Below are positions 54,601 through 64,000 of a stretch of 64,000 nucleotides of DNA, piece after piece; the first letter of the stretch is position 1, and every line of letters begins with the position of its first letter. Position numbers and translations under genes: made by a program. Source of the stretch: Auanema rhodensis (lineage: Eukaryota; Animalia; Nematoda). The notes below the pieces were generated by a model. That model worked only from the letters and a program-made list of their open reading frames with translations, had not been told where the DNA came from and ran no database searches. The stretch covers positions 23,064,001 to 23,128,000 of the forward strand of contig OZ059900.1 of the NCBI GenBank assembly GCA_964057225.1, in the 5' to 3' direction.

Positions 54601-57600
54601 TGGAACTAGACGTTGTACGAACAATTTTGAGCTAGGTTTCATTGACATTGCATGAGCTTGAACACATGAAATCGTAAGTCAAAACCTTGTTTACAGCGAA
54701 ATTTCCAAAAACTGGTTTTCCAGCATAATAAAATATTTCTCATGGGAAATACTGTGTTTTTGTATTTTTCTAGTGTTCAGCATGTAAAATGCTTCATTTT
54801 AGTATGTAACACGCTGAAATTCCTTGCATTTGACGACTCATATGAACAAAAATCGATTTAATCAATATTAGCCATAAGGGGCGTGCCCTCAGAATATGCT
54901 AATTTCCTTAATTTTCTAACCCTTGTTTTTTTGTCGTGAAAGTGGAACTAGACGTTGTACAAACAATTTTGAGCTAGGTTTCATTGACATTGCATGAGTT
55001 TGAACACATGAAATCGTAAGTCAAAACCTTGTTTACAGCGAAATTTCCAAAAACTGGTTTTCCAGCATAATAAAATATTTCTCATGGGAAATACTGTGTT
55101 TTTGTATTTTTCTAGTGTTCAGCATGTAAAATGCTTCATTTTAGTATGTAACACGCTGAAATTCGTTGCATTTGACGACTCATATGAACAAAAATCGATT
55201 TAATCAATATTAGCCATAAGGGGCGTGCCCTCAGAATATGCTAATTTCCTTAATTTTCTAACCCCTGTTTTTTTGTCGTGAAAGTGGAACTAGACGTTGT
55301 ACGAACAATTTTGAGCTAGGTTTCATTGACATTGCATGAGTTTGAACACATGAAATCGTAAGTCAAAACCTTGTTTACAGCGAAATTTCCAAAAACTGGT
55401 TTTCCAGCATAATAAAATATTTCTCATGGGAAATACTGTGTTTTTGTATTTTTCTAGTGTTCAGCATGTAAAATGCTTCATTTTAGTATGTAACACGCTG
55501 AAATTCGTTGCATTTGACGACTCATATGAACAAAAATCGATTTAATCAATATTAGCCATAAGGGGCGTGCTCTCAGAATATGCTAATTTCCTTAATTTTC
55601 TAACCCTTGTTTTTTTGTCGTAAAAGTGGAACTAGACGTTGTACGAACAATTTTGAGCTAGGTTTCATTGACATTGCATGAGTTTGAACACATGAAATCG
55701 TAAGTCAAAACCTTGTTTACAGCGAAATTTCCAAAAACTGGTTTTCCAGCATAATAAAATATTTCTCATGGGAAATACTGTGTTTTTGTATTTTTCTAGT
55801 GTTCAGCATGTAAAATGCTTCATTTTAGTATGTAACACGCTGAAATTCGTTGCATTTGACGACTCATATGAACAAAAATCGATTTAATCAATATTAGCCA
55901 TAAGGGGCGTGCCCTCAGAATATGCTAATTTCCTTAATTTTCTAACCCCTGTTTTTTTGTCGTGAAAGTGGAACTAGACGTTGTACAAATAATTTTGAGC
56001 TAGGTTTCATTGACATTGCATGAGTTTGAACAAATGAAATCGTAAGTCAAAACCTTGTTTACAGCGAAATTTCCAAAAACTGGTTTTCCAGCATAATAAA
56101 ATATTTCTCATGGGAAATACTGTGTTTTTGTATTTTTCTAGTGTTCAGCATGTAAAATGCTTCATTTTAGTATGTAACACGCTGAAATTCGTTGCATTTG
56201 ACGACTCATATGAACAAAAATCGATTTAATCAATATTAGCCATAAGGGGCGTGCCCTCAGAATATGCTAATTTCCTTAATTTTCTAACCCCTGTTTTTTT
56301 GTCTTGAAAGTGGAACTAGACGTTGTACGAACAACTTTGAGCTAGGTTACATTGACATTGCATGAGTTTGAACACATGAAATCGTAAGTCAAAACCTTGT
56401 TTACAGCGAAATTTCCAAAAACTGGTTTTCCAGCATAATAAAATATTTCTCATGGGAAATACTGTGTTTTTGTATTTTTCTAGTGTTCAGCATGTAAAAT
56501 GCTTCATTTTAGTATGTAACACGCTGAAATTCGTTGCATTTGACGACTCATATGAACAAAAATCGATTTAATCAATATTAGCCATAAGGGGCGTGCCCTC
56601 AGAATATGCTAATTTCCTTAATTTTCTAACCCTTGTTTTTTTGTCGTGAAAGTGGAACTAGACGTTGTACGAACAATTTTGAGCTAGGTTTCATTGACAT
56701 TGCATGAGTTTGAACACATGAAATCGTAAGTCAAAACCTTGTTTACAGCGAAATTTCCAAAAACTGGTTTTCCAGCATAATAAAATATTTCTCATGGGAA
56801 ATACTGTGTTTTTTATTTTTCTAGTGTTCAGCATGTAAAATGCTTCATTTTAGTATGTAACACGCTGAAATTCGTTGCATTTGACGACTCATATGAACAA
56901 AAATCGATTTAATCAATATTAGCCATAAGGGGCGTGCCCTCAGAATATGCTAATTTCCTTAATTTTCTAACCCCTGTTTTTTTGTCGTGAAAGTGGAACT
57001 AGACGTTGTACAAATAATTTTGAGCTAGGTTTCATTGACATTGCATGAGTTTGAACAAATGAAATCGTAAGTCAAAACCTTGTTTACAGCGAAATTTCCA
57101 AAAACTGGTTTTCCAGCATAATAAAATATTTCTCATGGGAAATACTGTGTTTTTGTATTTTTCTAGTGTTCAGCATGTAAAATGCTTCATTTTAGTATGT
57201 AACACGCTGAAATTCGTTGCATTTGACGACTCATATGAACAAAAATCGATTTAATCAATATTAGCCATAAGGGGCGTGCCCTCAGAATATGCTAATTTCC
57301 TTAATTTTCTAACCCCTGTTTTTTTGTCTTGAAAGTGGAACTAGACGTTGTACGAACAATTTTGAGCTAGGTTACATTGACATTGCATGAGTTTGAACAC
57401 ATGAAATCGTAAGTCAAAACCTTGTTACAGCGAAATTTCCAAAAACTGGTTTTCCAGCATAATAAAATATTTCTCATGGGAAATACTGTGTTTTTGTATT
57501 TTTCTAGTGTTCAGCATGTAAAATGCTTCATTTTAGTATGTAACACGCTGAAATTCGTTGCATTTGACGACTCATATGAACAAAAATCGATTTAATCAAT

Positions 57601-58900
57601 ATTAGCCATAAGGGGCGTGCCCTCAGAATATGCTAATTTCCTTAATTTTCTAACCCCTGTTTTTTTGTCGTGAAAGTGGAACTAGACGTTGTACGAACAA
57701 TTTTGAGCTAGGTTTCATTGACATTGCATGAGTTTGAACACATGAAATCGTAAGTCAAAACCTTGTTTACAGCGAAATTTCCAAAAACTGGTTTTCCAGC
57801 ATAATAAAATATTTCTCATGGGAAATACTGTGTTTTTGTATTTTTCTAGTGTTCAGCATGTGAAATGCTTCATTTTAGTATGTAACACGCTGAAATTCGT
57901 TGCATTTGACGACTCATATGAACAAAAATCGATTTAATCAATATTAGCCATAAGGGGCGTGCCCTCAGAATATGCTAATTTCCTTAATTTTCTAACCCCT
58001 GTTTTTTTGTCGTGAAAGTGGAACTAGACGTTGTACGAACAATTTTGAGCTAGGTTTCATTGACATTGCATGAGCTTGAACACATGAAATCGTAAGTCAA
58101 AACCTTGTTTACAGCGAAATTTCCAAAAACTGGTTTTCCAGCATAATAAAATATTTCTCATGGGAAATACTGTGTTTTTGTATTTTTCTAGTGTTCAGCA
58201 TGTAAAATGCTTCATTTTAGTATGTAACACGCTGAAATTCCTTGCATTTGACGACTCATATGAACAAAAATCGATTTAATCAATATTAGCCATAAGGGGC
58301 GTGCCCTCAGAATATGCTAATTTCCTTAATTTTCTAACCCTTGTTTTTTTGTCGTGAAAGTGGAACTAGACGTTGTACAAACAATTTTGAGCTAGGTTTC
58401 ATTGACATTGCATGAGTTTGAACACATGAAATCGTAAGTCAAAACCTTGTTTACAGCGAAATTTCCAAAAACTGGTTTTCCAGCATAATAAAATATTTCT
58501 CATGGGAAATACTGTGTTTTTGTATTTTTCTAGTGTTCAGCATGTAAAATGCTTCATTTTAGTATGTAACACGCTGAAATTCGTTGCATTTGACGACTCA
58601 TATGAACAAAAATCGATTTAATCAATATTAGCCATAAGGGGCGTGCCCTCAGAATATGCTAATTTCCTTAATTTTCTAACCCCTGTTTTTTTGTCGTGAA
58701 AGTGGAACTAGACGTTGTACGAACAATTTTGAGCTAGGTTTCATTGACATTGCATGAGTTTGAACACATGAAATCGTAAGTCAAAACCTTGTTTACAGCG
58801 AAATTTCCAAAAACTGGTTTTCCAGCATAATAAAATATTTCTCATGGGAAATACTGTGTTTTTGTATTTTTCTAGTGTTCAGCATGTAAAATGCTTCATT
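51700..58900 (-). repeat. Local 10-mer HOR, 3418 bp x2 (boundaries approximate)
   Basis: gtgctctc at 52153/55571, two 1-bp deletions (gttttttatt at ~53391/56809; cttgttacag at ~54003/57421) and gagcttg at 54657/58075 are all offset by 3418 (10x342-2). Confidence 0.9.
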
Positions 58901-60550
58901 TTAGTATGTAACACGCTGAAATTCGTTGCATTTGACGACTCATATGAACAAAAATCGATTTAATCAATATTAGCCATAAGGGGCGTGCCCTCAGAATATG
59001 CTAATTTCCTTAATTTTCTAACCCCTGTTTTTTTGTCGTGAAAGTGGAACTAGACGTTGTACGAACAATTTTGAGCTAGGTTTCATTGACATTGCATGAG
59101 CTTGAACACATGAAATCGTAAGTCAAAACCTTGTTTACAGCGAAATTTCCAAAAACTGGTTTTCCAGCATAATAAAATATTTCTCATGGGAAATACTGTG
59201 TTTTTGTATTTTTCTAGTGTTCAGCATGTAAAATGCTTCATTTTAGTATGTAACACGCTGAAATTCCTTGCATTTGACGACTCATATGAACAAAAATCGA
59301 TTTAATCAATATTAGCCATAAGGGGCGTGCCCTCAGAATATGCTAATTTCCTTAATTTTCTAACCCTTGTTTTTTTGTCGTGAAAGTGGAACTAGACGTT
59401 GTACAAACAATTTTGAGCTAGGTTTCATTGACATTGCATGAGTTTGAACACATGAAATCGTAAGTCAAAACCTTGTTTACAGCGAAATTTCCAAAAACTG
59501 GTTTTCCAGCATAATAAAATATTTCTCATGGGAAATACTGTGTTTTTGTATTTTTCTAGTGTTCAGCATGTAAAATGCTTCATTTTAGTATGTAACACGC
59601 TGAAATTCGTTGCATTTGACGACTCATATGAACAAAAATCGATTTAATCAATATTAGCCATAAGGGGCGTGCCCTCAGAATATGCTAATTTCCTTAATTT
59701 TCTAACCCCTGTTTTTTTGTCGTGAAAGTGGAACTAGACGTTGTACGAACAATTTTGAGCTAGGTTTCATTGACATTGCATGAGTTTGAACACATGAAAT
59801 CGTAAGTCAAAACCTTGTTTACAGCGAAATTTCCAAAAACTGGTTTTCCAGCATAATAAAATATTTCTCATGGGAAATACTGTGTTTTTGTATTTTTCTA
59901 GTGTTCAGCATGTAAAATGCTTCATTTTAGTATGTAACACGCTGAAATTCGTTGCATTTGACGACTCATATGAACAAAAATCGATTTAATCAATATTAGC
60001 CATAAGGGGCGTGCCCTCAGAATATGCTAATTTCCTTAATTTTCTAACCCCTGTTTTTTTGTCGTGAAAGTGGAACTAGACGTTGTACGAACAATTTTGA
60101 GCTAGGTTTCATTGACATTGCATGAGCTTGAACACATGAAATCGTAAGTCAAAACCTTGTTTACAGCGAAATTTCCAAAAACTGGTTTTCCAGCATAATA
60201 AAATATTTCTCATGGGAAATACTGTGTTTTTGTATTTTTCTAGTGTTCAGCATGTAAAATGCTTCATTTTAGTATGTAACACGCTGAAATTCCTTGCATT
60301 TGACGACTCATATGAACAAAAATCGATTTAATCAATATTAGCCATAAGGGGCGTGCCCTCAGAATATGCTAATTTCCTTAATTTTCTAACCCTTGTTTTT
60401 TTGTCGTGAAAGTGGAACTAGACGTTGTACAAACATTTTTGAGCTAGGTTTCATTGACATTGCATGAGTTTGAACACATGAAATCGTAAGTCAAAACCTT
60501 GTTTACAGCGAAATTTCCAAAAACTGGTTTTCCAGCATAATAAAATATTT
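57900..60550 (-). repeat. Local 3-mer HOR, 1026 bp, about 3 copies, overlapping the end of the 10-mer
   Basis: The gagcttgaac + attccttgc + ccttg/tacaaac markers occur at 58075, 59101 and 60127. Confidence 0.88.
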
Positions 60551-63500
60551 CTCATGAGAAATACTGTGTTTTTGTATTTTTCTAGTGTTCAGCATGTAAA
60601 ATGCTTCATTTTAGTATGTAACACGCTGAAATTCGTTGCATTTGACGACTCATATGAACAAAAATCGATTTAATCAATATTAGCCATAAGGGGCGTGCCC
60701 TCAGAATATGCTAATTTCCTTAATTTTCTAACCCCTGTTTTTTTGTCGTGAAAGTGGAACTAGACGTTGTACGAACAATTTTGAGCTAGGTTTCATTGAC
60801 ATTGCATGAGTTTGAACACATGAAATCGTAAGTCAAAACCTTGTTTACAGCGAAATTTCCAAAAACTGGTTTTCCAGCATGATAAAATATTTCTCATGGG
60901 AAATACTGTGTTTTTGTATTTTTCTAGTGTTCAGCATGTAAAATGCTTCATTTTAGTATGTAACACGCTAAAATTCGTTACATTTGACGACTCATATGAA
61001 CAAAAATCGATTTAATCAATATTAGCCCTAAGGGGCGTGCCCTCAGAATATGCTAATTTCCTTAATTTTCTAGCCCCTGTTTTTTTGTCGTGAAAGTGGA
61101 ACTAGACGTTGTACGAACAATTTTGAGCTAGGTTTCATTGACATTGCATGAGTTTGAACACATGAAATCGTAAGTCAAAACCTTGTTTACAGCGAAATTT
61201 CCAAAAACTGGTTTTCCAGCATAATAAAATATTTCTCATGGGAAATACTGTGTTTTTGTATTCTTCTAGTGTTCAGCATGTAAAATGTTTTATTTTAGTA
61301 TGTAACACGCTGAAATTCGTTGCATTTGACGACTCATATGAACAAAAATCGATTTAATCAATATTAGCCATAAGGGGCGTGCCCTCAGAATATGCTAATT
61401 TCCTTAATTTTCTAACCCCTGTTTTTTTGTCGTGAAAGTGGAACTAGACGTTGTACGAACAATTTTGAGCTAGGTTTCATTGACATTGCATGAGCTTGAA
61501 CACATGAAATCGTAAGTCAAAACCTTGTTTACAGCGAAATTTCCAAAAACTGGTTTTCCAGCATAATAAAATATTTCTCATGGGAAATACTGTGTTTTTG
61601 TATTTTTCTAGTGTTCAGCATGTAAAATGCTTCATTTTAGTATGTAACACGCTGAAATTCGTTGCATTTGACGACTCATATGAACAAAAATCGATTTAAT
61701 CAATATTAGCCATAAGGGGCGTGCCCTCAGAATATGCTAATTTCCTTAATTTTCTAACCCTTGTTTTTTTGTCGTGAAAGTGGAACTAGACGTTGTACGA
61801 ACAATTTTGAGCTAGGTTTCATTGACATTGCATGAGTTTGAACACATGAAATCGTAAGTCAAAACCTTGTTTACAGCGAAATTTCCAAAAACTGGTTTTC
61901 CAGCATAATAAAATATTTCTCATGGGAAATACTGTGTTTTTGTATTTTTCTAGTGTTCAGCATGTAAAATGCTTCATTTTAGTATGTAACACGCTGAAAT
62001 TCGTTGCATTTGACGACTCATATGAACAAAAAATCGATTTAATCAATATTAGCCATAAGGGGCGTGCCCTCAGAATATGCTAATTTCCTTAATTTTCTAA
62101 CCCCTGTTTTTTTGTCGTGAAAGTGGAACTAGACGTTGTACAAACAATTTTGAGCTAGGTTTCATTGACATTGCATGAGTTTGAACACATGAAATCGTAA
62201 GTCAAAACCTTGTTTACAGCGAAATTTCCAAAAACTGGTTTTCCAGCATAATAAAATATTTCTCATGAGAAATACTGTGTTTTTGTATTTTTCTAGTGTT
62301 CAGCATGTAAAATGCTTCATTTTAGTATGTAACACGCTGAAATTCGTTGCATTTGACGACTCATATGAACAAAAATCGATTTAATCAATATTAGCCATAA
62401 GGGGCGTGCCCTCAGAATATGCTAATTTCCTTAATTTTCTAACCCCTGTTTTTTTGTCGTGAAAGTGGAACTAGACGTTGTACAAACAATTTTGAGCTAG
62501 GTTTCATTGACATTGCATGAGTTTGAACACATGAAATCGTAAGTCAAAACCTTGTTTACAGCGAAATTTCCAAAAACTGGTTTTCCAGCATGATAAAATA
62601 TTTCTCATGGGAAATACTGTGTTTTTGTATTTTTCTAGTGTTCAGCATGTGAAATGCTTCATTTTAGTATGTAACACGCTGAAATTCGTTGCATTTGACG
62701 ACTCATATGAACAAAAATCGATTTAATCAATATTAGCCATAAGGGGCGTGCCCTCAGAATATGCTAATTTCCTTAATTTTCTAACCCCTGTTTTTTTGTC
62801 GTGAAAGTGGAACTAGACGTTGTACGAACAATTTTGAGCTAGGTTTCATTGACATTGCATGAGTTTGAACACATAAAATCGTAAGTCAAAACCTTGTTTA
62901 CAGCGAAATTTCCAAAAACTGGTTTTCCAGCATAATAAAATATTTCTCATGGGAAATACTGTGTTTTTGTATTTTTCTAGTGTTCAGCATGTAAAATGCT
63001 TCATTTTAGTATGTAACACGCTGAAATTCGTTGCATTTGACGACTCATATGAACAAAAATCGATTTAATCAATATTAGCCATAAGGGGCGTGCCCTCAGA
63101 ATATGCTAATTTCCTTAATTTTCTAACCCCTGTTTTTTCGTCGTGAAAGTGGAACTAGACGTTGTACGAACAATTTTGAGCTAGGTTTCATTGACATTGC
63201 ATGAGTTTGAACACATGAAATCGTAAGTCAAAACCTTGTTTACAGCGAAATTTCCAAAAACTGGTTTTCCAGCATAATAAAATATTTCTCATGGGAAATA
63301 CTGTGTTTTTGTATTTTTCTAGTGTTCAGCATGTAAAATGCTTCATTTTAGTATGTAACACGCTGAAATTCGTTGCATTTGACGACTCATATGAACAAAA
63401 ATCGATTTAATCAATATTAGCCATAAGGGGCGTGCCCTCAGAATATGCTAATTTCCTTAATTTTCTAACCCCTGTTTTTTTGTCGTGAAAGTGGAACTAG

Positions 63501-64000
63501 ACGTTGTACGAACAATTTTGAGCTAGGTTACATTGACATTGCATGAGTTTGAACACATGAAATCGTAAGTCAAAACCTTGTTTACAGCGAAATTTCCAAA
63601 AACTGGTTTTCCAGCATAATAAAATATTTTTCATGGGAAATACTGTGTTTTTGTATTTTTCTAGTGTTCAGCATGTAAAATGCTTCATTTTAGTATGTAA
63701 CACGCTGAAATTCGTTGCATTTGACGACTCATATGAACAAAAATCGATTTAATCAATATTAGCCATAAGGGGCGTGCCCTCAGAATATGCTAATTTCCTT
63801 AATTTTCTAACCCTTGTTTTTTTGTCGTGAAACTGGAACTAGACGTTGTACAAACAATTTTGAGCTAGGTTTCATTGACATTGCATGAGTTTGAACACAT
63901 AAAATCGTAAGTCAAAACCTTGTTTACAGCGAAATTTCCAAAAACTGGTTTTCCAGCATAATAAAATATTTCTCATGGGAAATACTGTGTTTTTGTATTT

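Larger units (their letters stand above)
25475..64000 (-). repeat. Satellite A array, 342-bp monomer, reverse orientation, about 114 units; continues past the window end
   Basis: gcatttgacgactcatatgaacaaa recurs every ~342 bp. 25475-40827 mirrors 1-15353; 40828-64000 has no partner inside the window. Confidence 0.99.

Noticed and set aside
1-64000. CRISPR array or other repeat-spacer system
   Set aside because: The units are contiguous near-identical 342- or 225/232-bp monomers with no unique spacers and no cas or other genes.

Overview
The window is entirely tandem satellite DNA; I find no supportable genes, RNA genes, transposons or CRISPR arrays. Satellite A is an AT-rich (about 34% GC), highly homogeneous 342-bp repeat at 1-15353 and, inverted, at 25475-64000. 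Satellite B is a more heterogeneous 225/232-bp repeat with no clear similarity to A, at 15354-25474; it switches orientation at 20339/20340. The main feature is a palindrome of at least 40.8 kb, in which position i pairs with 40828-i from base 1 inward. Rare SNPs, 149-bp deletions, local higher-order repeats (HORs) and the A/B junction are all mirrored. I found only 8 arm-to-arm substitutions by eye over about 20.3 kb and no net indel. The centre is asymmetric: a 149-bp unpaired spacer flanked by about 60 bp of only homeologous pairing, which suggests fold-back priming at an older inversion inside satellite B. The overall layout is A>>> B>> | <<B <<<A. Satellite A is a patchwork of short local HORs (3-, 4-, 6-, 7- and 10-mers). 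The eight 69-aa ORFs are a by-product of one monomer haplotype. The host is probably a eukaryote and the region probably (peri)centromeric heterochromatin, but I cannot identify the organism or the satellite families from sequence alone.
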